Assembly (NCBI GenBank): GCA_051294905.1 | Contig: CM119378.1 | Span: 2,544,001 to 2,608,000 of the forward strand | Length of the DNA: 64,000 nt | DNA from: Botryllus schlosseri | Lineage: Eukaryota | Reading direction: 5' to 3' | In this document: positions 39,240 to 52,726 of the stretch, one piece after another | How positions within the stretch are numbered: position 1 is the stretch's first letter | Layout of the letters: each line of letters begins with the position of its first letter | Position numbers and translations under genes: made by a program | The notes under the pieces: generated by a model | Seen by the model: only the letters and a program-made list of their open reading frames with translations | Told to the model about the DNA's origin: nothing | Databases searched by the model: none

Positions 39240-39501
39240 GTTTGTTATGGTATTCATGGTGTTCGTCGACTACTATGGTCATTTACACGAGGCCAATTTT
39301 CTTCTATTTATTCCGTAGCTTGTAGCACGGACCACTTCTAGGTCTTTATAAGACACCGCTTACACGGATAATATGGCGAGGAGGGGACTAGATAAACTGC
39401 CAACACTTGAGTCGGATTTCTAGAGTCGACCGCGGTTGGACTCGAACCAGCAACCCATCGGTGTTGCAGCTGTGGATTATACCACTACGCTATCTCGCCA
39501 C
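39240..39501 (-). mobile_element. tRNA-derived SINE (sister at 49615-49901)
   Basis: Minus A box tagcgtagtgg, B box ggttcgagtcc, shared body and gaccatagtagtcgac tail. Confidence 0.85.
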
Positions 39502-39619
39502 GTATAACGGCATGATACTACTTATAGCAGTGGTTTTGAACCAAAGGCTAACAGGGCAGTTAATGCTACAGTGTTTTGTTTGTTTCGCATATACGACAGT
39601 GGGGCTTGTCGCCTTATAA

Positions 39620-41736
39620 CAACGGTCGGGAACCTATCGCTCGCGAGCCAGATACGGCTCTTTTGGGCATAAGATATATGGCTCTTTTGCAATTTTTATT
39701 TATTTTTGTACTGAATTGATCAATAGTATATTGCAGCAACTTGCTAGCAAATTTTTATCACGGCTAGAATAATTATTCTCGTGATAGTATAAATGTGTCT
39801 TTGAGAGGTAAAGACAATGCCATATTCAGGATCCTCAAATTTAAGTTGCTGTGGCCCCGGCGACCAAAATCACTCTCGAATTCGATGTATTCGACTCGAA
39901 ATCTTGGATTGCACGATATGTTGATTAATCAAAGAGAATAGCAGACATTCTGACGCCTGTAATACAATGCAGACATCAAATACACATTGTCTTCCTGATC
40001 TACGGCGAGAAATGAACTGCCGTGAAAGTGACACTCACAATTACAAACTCAAACTACGAACAACGATATAGCTATCCCGGTTCTTGATTGGTAAGCAGCT
40101 TTGTAGTATCGCCGGTATCGGCGATAAAATGTAGGCGTGTAGCGCCACGTTACATGAATGCTTTGCTGAATGCCGAATGCTTTGAGAATTAAGAAGTCGA
40201 TCTATATTTAGATTTTCGGAATCTGCCGACAGTTACATTCGATTAAAATCAGTTATTATAAATTCTAAGCTATTCACGATTAATTTCGCTATCAATTGGG
40301 GGCTTGGCCCGTCTGTGCCTTACCTCTCCAGTTGATGAACATCGATCGATATAAAATATAGTGGGTATAATTGCTGTGGTGACCATGTTACACTCAACCT
40401 ACTTATGTGATCATGGATTCACGCATTTAAAAAGAGGATCACGACGCACATATGTTCTCGTATAACTGACGAAAGTCTGAATTTTGTATGAAGCTTATAA
40501 CCTCCCCATTATCAAACAAGACTACATAGCAGTGACGTGCGGTGAGGTTCATGGCTGGTGAGGCACGGACCCCCCACACACGCACACAAACACGCACGCA
40601 CGTAAAGTACCTGATAAAGAGACCCAAAATGTGAATACCAACAGCAACGGGTATAAAAGAGCATGTTCTTTGCACACTGATAGCCGTTGCAATTCCATAT
40701 TCTACAATATATGTAGGACTGGGCGCTATTGTGCTAATTGTACAAGTTTAGACGGATGATAATTACTATCTCTTCAAGTACCGGCATAAATTATCCGAAG
40801 CACATGAAAATAGCATCCTCATTTACAAATAATTTTTTCTGTAAAAAACACTAGATTTGCCGAATTTCGAAGGAAAATACACCAGGACACTAGGTCAAAT
40901 CAAAATACACTGGATCTAGTGTAAAAACACTAGGAGTGGCACCACTGACCACAAACAACGGCAACGCAAGCTATGTAAGTATACATCACATACCACAATT
41001 AAGGATTATAGGTATTGTAGTTGAACACAGCATAAAGACCAAAAACAACGACAATGCAGCCTATGCAAGTAGCTATCACATACCAAAATTTAACGAAGCT
41101 ATGAATGGAAAATACATAACAGCTACATAAGTAAGGGAATGTATTTGCTCCGCATTACGTATTGGCCGTCGCTACTGTATAATTCCTACAAGACTGTTGT
41201 ATTCCGAAATCGATAGCGCGTTTCACTGTGCTGCGATTGTCCAATTGTTAGCGAATAGTGCATGAGGCAGATTCGTTTGTGCCTCACCTGGCCATTGTTT
41301 CTCTGCGATGGCATTGTCTGCATACCATGTAACACCAAAACACGCATCAAATGTAAAAAGCGTATAAGTAGTAGATTCGCACTTTTGGCGTTATCTACAG
41401 CTGTTGGAAATGTTAATTGTCCTAAGCTTCGAAAAATATCACATGGCACTCACTGTAATACGATTAAATAGATGTAACGTGCAAAGGATCTATTTAACTG
41501 AAGTTTCGCATGTTCAAATACGACAACTAGCATGATTAGTAGGCCTACGAGTTTTTACAGAGAAAATGTGGCGCAGACGACGAATCCCATTTAGATAGTT
41601 CGAATCGGCGATACCATGACGTCACGAATTTTCAACTGTGATGTAACAGTTAATTTATATGTATTGTTCTTTGGGAGTCAAAATGGAAAAGTAAGGTCAA
41701 TATGGCTCTTCGGACGAAAAACGTTCCCAACCCCTG
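39620..41736. mobile_element. Charlie-like hAT non-autonomous element
   Basis: Ends caacggtcgggaac / gttcccaacccctg with ggctct motifs. Perfect TSD ccttataa. Confidence 0.85.
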
Positions 41737-44387
41737 CCTTATAAGGTAATATGCGCCACAAAAATGACTTCAGTAATGTTTACTGCTTAGTAGCGGCCAG
41801 GCTCGCCGTTACTTTGGTATTTTTATTTATATAGGCCCGGGTCAGCGATGGAAGAGCCCAGATACATAGAAGCTATGCAGAAACGGGGCTCTAAGCCACT
41901 TCCGTTGGCGTTGTGACGGTGGCGCATAGCCGACTCCGCTACTCGTGATGCAGTGGCAGATAGTGAAATTGTTGGCCGTTTATGCGGAGTCGCTATAGCA
42001 TTACGGGCCGCAAGATGGCCGCAAGAGGCCGCAGTCTTTGCATCGAAGGGCTGCATATTTCTGAAAATTGGGGATACCTTGGTAGGCTTGCATAATATTA
42101 GTCGCTAGTCTAGTATAGTAAATGATGACTCTAGTGGATTTCATCGCATCAACTTTATTCATTAAATATCACCGCGCCGTATCGATTACGTGGTTGGGAA
42201 CTTGAACATGGCTTTGCACATGAAACGCAGCAATGTTTTCAGGTTCCATTTTTCATCATTCTATATCTGCTGCAAATGAAATAATAAACAAGATAATTCT
42301 ATTTTGTTATATGTCAAATGACACGGCCCAGCATTACTATTTGTATTAATACAATGCATATATCATGTAGATATGGTTTCCTCTGGCGGTCATGGTTAAC
42401 GATGAGTAAGATTTATTGTGCATTATCTTGATCAGATTTTGTATACAATATTTAAATTATGTATTTATCCACGTGTTATTGAAATCGAGGATGCACAAAG
42501 TTGAATCTCACTATTTTAACCGTTTCGCACCGGCGTGTCTATTTTTCGACATGCCGGTACGAGAGAAGGGTGCCGTAATTGAAACCACGATATATTACAT
42601 ATTAATCGTTCTAGGTCGTTGTTGTTCATTTCTGTGAATAGATATTGTTCGTACAAGTTCATTGATACCTTGTTATTTGATATTTATTATATCGAAGACG
42701 TCAAAATCGTATATCAAACACCGTGGATAATTATGTTGCAAAATGCACTGCGTCGGCAATTCGCGCGTCATTGACCACAATCAGATAACGTTCTGTATGT
42801 TTCGTTCTAGCCGCCTTCGGGCATAGTTGTTTCATTATGTCAATAGCTAGTGTCCATACAAGTCCACACATATCTTCATATCTGATATTAGTTACATCTA
42901 AGCTGATCAAAAGCTATGTGATAGGCCGCGTGACAAAAATATCCGCCGAAGCATCATTTCGCAGACACGCGCGTTCCTCGTACCCGCCATATACACTGTC
43001 GTTTAGTTGGTTTTATTCGTCATAACCAGCTGTAGTTTGTTGCTATGAATAGCGATTGTCAGTTTCTGTTTATATTGTGCTAAAGCAACGATACTAGTTA
43101 GTTCTATACCGCTCAAGGTTTCATTTGAAAACCGGGAAGCGAATTCCGTCAGACTACCGTACCAGCCTCAAGCACATGGCTGAATACCCGTCACATAACG
43201 TGAAATATATCGTGTTCTAATAGGCATACACCTTCATAGATTGTGTCTGTGAATTGTTGTTGTCTATATGATTCTAAATAACGGCTAATGGTAAAGTATA
43301 ATTCGGAATACATACAATATTACTCAGCGATTATACCTACGCAAAAGCGTGCGTCTGGGTATACAAAGAGCTGTCGTACATCGATATATATCTTACGTTG
43401 TAGTAATGATAAGCATTTGCAGTAAATCATTATGGTAAGGACTGTAAATATCCGTCTACGAACACTAAAATGACTAATATAGGGTCACAACAGTTAGAGT
43501 TATAAGCCTTCGAAGTTACCCAGAGATATCCCTGGAAGTTACCATACGCGCGCGAATGACGCGCCATGACTCACTCTCTCTGCGGTCTGCCGCGAGCTGA
43601 CTAAAACGGTCGGCATTGTTTTGATTAGAAATTAGCGCCTGCTAGACGTAGACCGTCGACTCAGGGCTCTCTAGAACGATGAATTCTGAGCATATACAAT
43701 ACACCAGACTGTATGGTCGTCGAATACCTATACTAAGGTTCATAAGATTCGCAATTTAGCATTTCTGTTTCCAACCAACGTTTTCACGGCTTGCTCTTGA
43801 TATAAGTGGCCAGACACAGAGCTCAAAATGATTTGAGTGGCGCAATCGGATCCGCGTGGAAATTCTGAATCGAACGCTACCTTGTTTACCGGGCTCCAAT
43901 CCCATTAAGGCACAGTTTTTCGATTTTGAAAATTGAAGTAAAATTTTTCGAAAATTGCAGCCGTTGCCATTCGGTTAAGAGCCGCCTTTTTCTTGCAATT
44001 ATGGTTGGATGTATCTCAGGTATGTGAACGATATATTGTGGCATTCTGGTCATGAAGTCCCTATAATTCGCTTCCGCATACATAGCCTAGAGTTATCTCT
44101 ATTCTTTGCCGTCGGTTGTGACGTGGTTGTTCGGTCACAGTTATAGCCAGACGGATATCAGAATTGTGTGCCAATAGCGACATCCAAATGTAACATTTTA
44201 CAACTGGAATTTCCGGCAGGTATATGAAGATGAAAACAGACAGCAGGCCTATGACATATAAACTTCATATATTTATTTCATATCATACACCAGATAAGTG
44301 AATAACTTATTGCCGGTCCTGCCTGCGTATTGGTAGTTCTAGTAACCCAACTATTATCATCATTTTCACCAATACCATCGTCATGGG

Positions 44388-46084
44388 CACTGGCGTAGCC
44401 AGAAGGGGGATTTTCGATAAATTAATACAATGTGTAGTAATTTTCATCAGATGTAATCAACTTGAAGTTTTTCTTCGCGCTGCGCGCGATATAGAATTTC
44501 AGTACATTTTTCGTTGTTGGGTATAGGCTATCCGCCTCTCGATAAATTAAAATGAAAAAATAGACCTAAAAAAAATAAGCATGATATACAGCATTGAATC
44601 TAACTGTAATCGTGTGTGCTGCCCACAGTTGCGAAAGTATTAGGCACTAGCTTTTCGGCGCCAAAAACACTCCAAGGCAGATAAGTTTGAGTAACATCTA
44701 CGTGCGATCCAAGAAACATCGCGAGCGTTAGTTGGCCGAAGATCCCGCGGAATCGCCCTGTCATTGCAATCTGAGTCCAGGGGTACAAATGCAACGAGCA
44801 GAGACAATAAATGTTGTGTCCAGCGAATAAATGAAAATTAGGAATCGTGCGCAACTCACCAAAGACTAAATTTATCTTTTAATTGGTTGTGGTACGTGTG
44901 TGCGATCTTTTGAGTGGCGACAACTTTATCCGAAAATAACAGCATGCTTCAACTAAGTAAGTAATTACGAATGGCCCCCCGACTCCCACCATCCAGAAAC
45001 TCATGAATAGTCTTACCGTGTGGCATGAATAGCTCAAGATGAATATTTGCGTGCTTTCTAAATCTTTGAAGTCCCTCCCAGAATGAAGTCCCACCAGTTG
45101 AGAGTGGGTGGGGGTGGGGAGGGGCGAGCCTGAATGGAGGCCCGAGTTCAGTTCGTAATTGAACATATTTTTTTGGTAGAATCAATAAACTTGAAATTTT
45201 TCTTCGCACTTCGCGCGATTTAATGTAGCGCTACATGTCTTGATTTTAATATGAGTATCCACTTGAGTCACCCCCCAAAAATATTCTAGTTTAATATATA
45301 AAAATAGGCATTTCGGCGCCGTTGATATATATGTCCGATTATCAGTTGTTCATTTACGTGCATAAATGGTCGGCACCGAATAGTCCTGTCTTGGCAATCT
45401 GAGAAGATGGCAGACCCCGGGATGAAATGCCAGCTTGGAATCGTGTGTGTCACGAGAGAGGTCTTTCTTTTTGTTTAGTCAATGGTACATTTGTGCGATT
45501 TCAATACCTTTTAACCATATAGCAGCCGGGAGGTCACGAAATAACAGCATGCAACAGATTAATTAATAACAACGCCCGCCGCCCGTAGATGTATAATAAA
45601 TTCTTGTATATCTTAAACGTGTCCCAAACTTTCGAATATACCACCTTCCTTAGCTCTAGCGGTAAATCTGATCAAGTGGGCAAGTCTATGATATGCAATT
45701 ACTAATACTATTGAGAAGATGCATACATGAATTACAAAATTTCTTCGCACTTCGCATCATAAGACATACTTGGTGTGCCTACATGACAATTAAGTCTGGC
45801 TTACGAGTAGCCATGACATAAAATGTCTAGGGGGCGTTTCCCCGTTCCGTAGATCGTCCTATGGGGTGTCGTCCAAGTCAATTGGGTGTGACATTAGTAT
45901 TGACCAAATTCATCCAGTACCTTGGAAAATTTCATCGTATCGCGCGGAAGTAGGTGCGCACTGATCTTCCATAACATATGTATGCGGGTGGGTAAAAGAT
46001 CGTCCTAGCAGTTGTGGCGATAAGGGCCTAACACCAGAAAAAGGGGGGGGGGGTGCCTCATCAAATATTCTGGTTACGCCCTTG
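44388..46084. mobile_element. hAT non-autonomous element
   Basis: Ends cactggcgtagccag / ctggttacgcccttg. Perfect TSD gtcatggg. Three internal ttcttcgc.ct.cgc repeats. Confidence 0.85.
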
Positions 46085-46479
46085 GTCATGGGCCGCCATA
46101 TATCAAATCCACCATACTGCAGAGTGCAGACACTCTCACTTGGAGTCGTTGCAGGAGTGATGACGTCATTGGACAGGCTGATAAACATTCTAAGTCAGAG
46201 TTGGCCGATACTGAAATTTCTGCGGAAGTAGATATCGGTTGTACTCTAGTCACAATTGTTATATAGCGCCTTCATCTATCAGCGTGGTTAACAGCATCTG
46301 TTTCATTCCAATGAAGCAACGGGTCAATGGGTATATTTTATTCAGAGAGATATTCATGTATATACAATATTATACATTCAACTTATATTTGCATTCAAGT
46401 TTTCAACCGTTATGGTGTTTTCAAGGTGAAATTATGGTATTTTTATAATCCTCAATGTGTTTTTCAGTTTCGTGTATTG

Positions 46480-47010
46480 AAGTATTGAAGGAGACCATTG
46501 ATGTGTGTGCGAACGCAAGCGGGATTATGATACAAAATGGAATTGTGTGTAAGCTATGGCTGTTCCAATCCCGCTGCTGCTCTACCAATGGATCATTGGT
46601 TTTCAATTTGAATGAAAAGGAATCTAGTATTTGGTACGATTGCAAACATACGCGTTGCACCACTCTCAGGAATCTATTAGTAACAGGTAACAGTGTAAAC
46701 AGCGATACAGTGTCGATACGACACAGCAAGACGCCGGAAACTGTGGACCATTTCGTGCTGTTCTGTACTAAATATCCGTAGAACGGACCCATCTGAGCAA
46801 AACCGAACAAAAGTATCGTAGGCTACACCTTACACAGTGTTTTCCCTCATAGTAAATCAGATAATGATTCAACCGTTAATTGACTTTGTTGTATTGACCG
46901 GAAGAGACATATGCCATGTTATTTCAGGAATAAGCAGTAATCACGGTTCTGGGGCACAAAGCCTTAGCAGCTAAGCACCACTCATCACAAATACCCACCC
47001 ACCCACTTAA
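46480..47010 (+). mobile_element. Degenerate RNase H LINE family 3' end
   Basis: PETVDHFVLFCTKY and a 3'UTR similar to 8370-8480 and 30270-30410. Confidence 0.7.
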
Positions 47011-47495
47011 CAAGACACTCACAGTTCTGACCAGTTTCTTCTTTGGTAATTCTCCCCTTATAGTCGCATGATATGAATTATAGTGACACGTTTATGAACA
47101 AAAACAAATACTGGATTCAACAGTACAAGGTTGTAACGTGGCGATGCGGAATATATATTTTCGATAGTACGGTATTGGATCATACAATATTCTCGAGATC
47201 GAATTGCCCACCAGGTACTCGATTTCTCTCACTATATCGCAATTGACGAGTTGTCCAGCCCCTGGCATAGCTCAAAGATTTGGAAACTGCTCACTTTGAT
47301 AAGTCAAGATCTGAATAAAGATGTTGTCTCACGTATGCAGGTATTCCTAGCTATCCAATACTGTGGAAACAAAATGTAAAGGTGTCATTAACAACGAGGG
47401 ACTTCCCCGTCGTTGTGCAATATTCTGGAACAAAGCGAAGGCATAAGATCTCATTAAGATACAGCTTCTCAAACTTTGGTAAGTGCGATAAATAT

Positions 47496-47979
47496 AACTC
47501 TAATATACATTTTAATAATATAGTAATTGCAGAAATATATTAAAACCCGAAGCTTTTCGAGCTGACACTCTTCAAGGGCAATCGTCAGCAAATGGAGAAT
47601 TTCAAAAACATGCATCTAGCTACATTGCATACAACCAATTATGACGTCATCGAAACAAACAAAATGAAATACAGGCAAACCTCGAGCGCAGCTAGTGGTC
47701 AATTTTTAGATTGAATAAAAATTCCTTGTGTCAGCTTGTGTCATCAAAAGGAATTTTTAGTCAATCTAAAAATTGGCCACTAGCTGCGCTCGCGGTTTGC
47801 CTGTATTTCATGTTGTTTGTTTCTATGGCGTCATAATTGTTTGTATGCAATGAAGCTAGATGCATGTTTTTGAAATTCTCCATTCGCTGCCGATTGTCCT
47901 TGAAGAGTGTCAGCTCGAAAAACTTCGGGTTTTAATATATTTCTGCAATGAATATATTATTAAAATGTATATTAAAGTT
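47496..47979. repeat. ~480-bp foldback (two ~230-bp inverted arms), possibly Penelope-derived
   Basis: 47496-47725 is the imperfect reverse complement of 47750-47979. 13-bp direct repeat aaatataactcta at 47490 and 48002. Confidence 0.9.
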
Positions 47980-48871
47980 CTGTACCCCAAAGAGTCTCTT
48001 CAAATATAACTCTATTCGTTAAAACTAACGTAGGTTCTAATGGAAGCCACCTTACTTGTAGTCGTCGACGAATCCATCTTCGAGGCTTTTATAAAAATTA
48101 TTCAATTTAATTCAGCGCCCATAGAAGACGCTTTCCCAACCACGGACTCTACAGCGACCTCAACAAAAGCAGAAAATACGCCGACATCATCAGCATCATC
48201 AGTGAATTATGAACTTAACGCGACGTATTCAGTAACCCCAAGCAGTAAGTAATACAGACAGACATGAACAATTGAACAGGTATTTCCGATTGAACATAAG
48301 CACCATGTTTTAGATAAATTATGCGGGCGTCGCGAGAGTAGGCCTACCGGTGACATCAATCAAATCGTATCCATTATCTTGGGAAGTCTGCTGCTGATCA
48401 CAGTCATCATGTTACTATTTTCTCTGGCGAGGCAAGAAATATTTATTGGGTTCACGGAATGAATGCATGAATATTGAGATGCTGCATGACTTCTTCTTGG
48501 TTAGCATGGATCACGTTACGAATTTATTTTGAAATCGAAACAGAACACGAAGGCTGATGAACTTGCCGAAGAGCCCAATAGCTGGAGAAGGAGACTCACA
48601 AATTTATGCGACGGTGACTAATACCATCACTACAGACGACTTCCAAGAAACCCGATTCAATGACCTCTATCACATTTAATACGGCAAATCTCATAGTGTT
48701 CGGTGGAAGCCAAATAGATTGTAGCAAGGAATTGACATCAACGTGAATCTTGAAAGCATCATTTGGGCGAAGCCTGGGCGGAAATTCGAGGGCAGATTTT
48801 TCAGCAATGGCGTGATGTCACTGAGACTACTGGAGTGTGACGTCACAATGTCCGAAAGCGAAGGATATCCT

Positions 48872-50684
48872 TAGGGTTGTATTTAAAACAAACGGTGTTT
48901 TAAAATACTCTGTTTAAAACATGTTATAAACAGTGCTTTAAACAAATTTGTGTTTTTTAACGTATAATTATGCCGTTATTCCGTAAATACTTTCGGCAAA
49001 AATGTAGTATGAGCCTACAGACTAGGGATGGTGTGAACCTCTGAAAGGTTCTGGTTCGTGTGAACGCGAACCTTTTTGAAAGATTCTGTGTGAACACGAA
49101 CGCGAACCTCATGACGTCACGTGACGTCCTATTGCTAATTTCAACCCTATATTTCAATTAAGCGAATGCTTATACAAATGTACTGTACATAATACCTAGC
49201 GACGAATCGGGCCTCATAATGGCACAGTGCTGAAGTACATATTGACGTTTTAAACGTCGCCAAATGTATCAACTGAGGCAATCAAATGATATAATAATCC
49301 CATAAAATATATATCTTCCTTCGCTTTCCCAACAATTTCGACCTGACCGGACAATGTATTTGGCGCCTGAGTATTGCCACAAGGATATTGAGCAGAATGT
49401 AAAACGGGTTTCTATACTTGCTACCGATAATGCCTCATTAACAAGCTATAAAGCTGTAGCCAACACCCCAATCTTACATATTTGGTTTTTATGATACAGT
49501 ATACATATGAAGTCAAGATAGACCCCGTACGCCTGCTAGATTTTTACATCAGAAGACGATATCAATCTCATTGATTGGTTGAATAAGCATTATTCGCTGA
49601 CTACATGCAGTGCGTTTTTTTGTTTTGTTTTTTGTTTTGTGGTGTTCATGGTGTTTGTCGACTACTATGGTCATTTACATCAGGCCGATATTTTTCATTA
49701 TTTTCCGTAACTGCCGACTTATAGCACGGTCCACCTCTAGGCTTTTGTAGGACATCGCTTACGCGGATAAGGTGAGGAGGAGGAGCCTAGGTAAACCTCC
49801 AACACTTCGGTATCGGAATTCTGAAGTCGACCTCCGTCGTTCTCAAACCCGCACCCATTGGTGTTGCAGCCGCGGATTATACCACTGCGCTATCTCGCCA
49901 CACGCATGCACTGCGGTCTTGGTGTTATGTGAATGCGGGTCAAGCTCACAGCAAAGAGTCACTAAATATTCACAAACGGAAAGCTGGATATTTCGAGCAA
50001 ACTTTTGTAACAATGCAAGTAAAATGTTTGAGATTGGCAAGATGCATGCTCTTTTAGTGTTGATTGTTTGTGCTGCCAGCACCATGCATAGAGGGGCCCG
50101 CAGTTGAAATGCAATAAAATTGGACCAAAGATGTTATAATGAAGTGAGAATTGCAATATATACAAAAGGTTCACATTGCAGAACCGACCAAGGTTCTGTT
50201 GTGAACGCGAACCTCAAAATTTCCGAGGTTCACACACAGAACGCGAACGTGAACCTCACTTTCACACAATCCCTACTACAGACAATTTGCACCCAATGTA
50301 GTCGACGTATACGATATGCAGTGGCTCGAACCCTCGAAATCGTCGTAGGTTCAACAGTTATAGCAAGTATATATAGATCATTGGTACGGGATGGATGTTC
50401 TAATGATGATCGCCGACGACCGTAAAAATGCTGCATAACGATGTAGTCCTGGTTAAGATATTTTTGGTCTGTTTATGACAGCGGACGGTAGCACCTTTCG
50501 TCGAAGGAGCCATATTTATCCTATAATTTCGATGGTCGATGGTAATCCTTTGTAACGTCACAAGTAAAAATGATGACGTTAAGGTTAAAAAAAACTAAAA
50601 AAAAGCAATAAAAACAAGTTTTAAACTAGGACCTTGTTTTAAACATGTCTGTTTAAAATTGATTTTTGTTTTAAATGTAACCCT
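48872..50684. mobile_element. 'tagggttgtatttaaaac' MITE hosting a nested MITE and SINE
   Basis: TIRs homologous to 14026-14421. The paralogous site near 34655 lacks it. Confidence 0.8.
49023..50275 (+). mobile_element. 'tagggatgg' MITE with SINE insertion (49615-49901)
   Basis: TIRs and perfect TSD ctacagac. Confidence 0.9.
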
Positions 50685-51337
50685 CTGTCCTACCAAGATA
50701 AAGTCGCTTTCGACGAGAGACGAAGTGGACTTAATAATGCATCCGATCTTTTCGCTATCAACAACTTTAGAAGAGAAGAGACGACACTGTAAATGCATGA
50801 GTATAGCTTCGCCTCAATGGATATCGATCTATAATTACGGTAAATGTGTGTGTAGTGTGCATAAAATTGTAGTGCTGGGTCAAAAATTCTTTCGTAAATC
50901 ACATCGTTGCGCTTGCAACCTCCGTATGTGTGCAGTGCTGTGCAAATATACTTAAATTAGGGTTACTATTGTTTGAAAATCTGAAAAAAGGACACTTTTT
51001 CAAAAATTTTCAGACTTGTGTTACCGGAAGAAAATCCTGAAAAATGGTAAATTTTACCCACTTCGTGGTCCCAAGACTACAAAAAAGTTCAACTTTCCGG
51101 CTCAACCCCGAAATAGCCGTCGGAGCGTTACTTCAGTGCTGATTTACTGTATCTGATTCGGATTTTGCCCTATATTTATCCAAATTCTCAAAAAAGAGAA
51201 CAAAATCTCAAAAAAGAGGACGTTTTGGCGTCCTCCGACGACACTTTCAAAATAAGAGGGAAAATCCTCTTAAAAGAGGAGGTATGGTAACCGTAACATA
51301 AATGCTATTTACATTATAAGTTACAGTTTGGTAACTA

Positions 51338-52301
51338 TAGGGATGGTGTGAACATCTGAAAGGTTCAGGTTCGTGTGAACGTGAACCTCATGACGTCATA
51401 TTGCTTATTCCAACCCTACAATTCAGTGAAGTGATAGCCTATATTAATGTAAAGATTGTACACGATGTCTAGTGACGACTCAGGCCACATGATGCCACAA
51501 TGCTGAAGTATGTTGACGTTTTAAACGTCGCCAAATGTATCAACTGGGGCAGTCAAATAATATAATGATCCCATGAAATCAATATCTTCCGTCGCTTTGC
51601 CAATAGTTTCGACGACAACTTGCAAGGGAATATAAGCTTACACCTGAACGGTCTAGGCTTGACCGGGCAATGTATTCAGCGTCAGAGTATTGCTACGTTG
51701 ATATTGAGCAGAGTGTAAAACGGGTTTCTATACTTATTGGTACCGATATCACCCCACTAACAAGTTATATAGCAGTAGCCAACACCCCAATCCCACGGAT
51801 TTGGTTTTTATGATACAATAAACATACGAAGTCAATATTGACACCGTACGCCTTCTAGATTTTTACATCAGAAAACAAAATCAATTTCATTGATTAGTTG
51901 AATACGAGTCATACGCTCACTACCTATACCTGTAATGCATTTCGCTCTTGATGATGTGTGATTGCTGGTCAAGCTCAGAGCAGACAGTCACTAAATATTC
52001 ACAAACGGAAAGCTGGATATTGCGAGAAATCTTTTATAGCAAAGCATTTGAGATTGTCAAGGTGCATGCTTGTTTAGTGTTGATTTTTTTACGCTGCCAG
52101 CGCCATGCATAGAGTGGCCCAAAGTTGAAATGCAATGAATTTCAACCAAAGATGTTATAATGAAGTGGAAATTGTAATATATGAAAAAGGTTCACAGTGT
52201 AAAACCTACCAAGGTTCGTTTGTGAATGTGAACCTCTAAATTTCAGAACTTCACACACAGAACGCGAACGTGAACCTCACGTTCACTTCACACCATCCCT
52301 A
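51338..52301 (+). mobile_element. 'tagggatgg' MITE, full copy
   Basis: TIRs. ttggtaac flanks both ends, with 2 extra nt on the left. Confidence 0.9.
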
Positions 52302-52726
52302 TTGGTAACCTGTACAAAATATGCAACTGAGACTTTTATCAGCTGAAAAGAGCACAATGCGAAATACGACTTCGCGCACTACTAAAGGAACTACAGCGGA
52401 ATATATTCACACACGATTTTGTAAGTCGGATAAAATGATTGCAGAAAAATTGTCACACATTATCTCAAGATATTAACATTTTCAAGAAACACCCGATAAG
52501 ACTTCGTACTTCATACGAACACTTGATAGGAAATGACACGATATGAATATATTTGTTAGTGTTATGAAATTCTAATTGCATTCGAATTTATATCTGGTTC
52601 AATAAAGACTATTTATCCGTTGGAGCGGTTGCAACAAATCCTCATATGTATCTAGAAGACAGGCTGTAGCGGGAGCTGGACTATTCGCACCGGTCATTTC
52701 GGCGCCTGGACAGTGGACATATCAAT

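Larger units (their letters stand above)
43480..48679 (+). pseudogene. Multi-Ig-like type I membrane receptor pseudogene B (paralog of A)
   Basis: Ig-like relics (ELKMI*VAQSDP ~43820, LPSVVTW ~44110, TLTW..ELADTE ~46140). Clean phase-1 exon 47341-47478. GSNGSHLTC then a frameshift into an S/T-rich stalk 48034-48250. TM exon 48280-48431. Tail exon 48544-48679 (SQIYATV...FNDLYHI*). 5' boundary approximate. Confidence 0.65.

Noticed and set aside
39425..39501. tRNA genes at ~12130-12200, 39425-39501 and 49830-49901
   Set aside because: They have A/B boxes but no good acceptor stem, and they are followed by shared SINE bodies and tails.
41760..42120. GC-rich segment ending in ctagt as a Helitron 3' end or gene
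   Set aside because: No convincing subterminal hairpin, second copy or protein motif.
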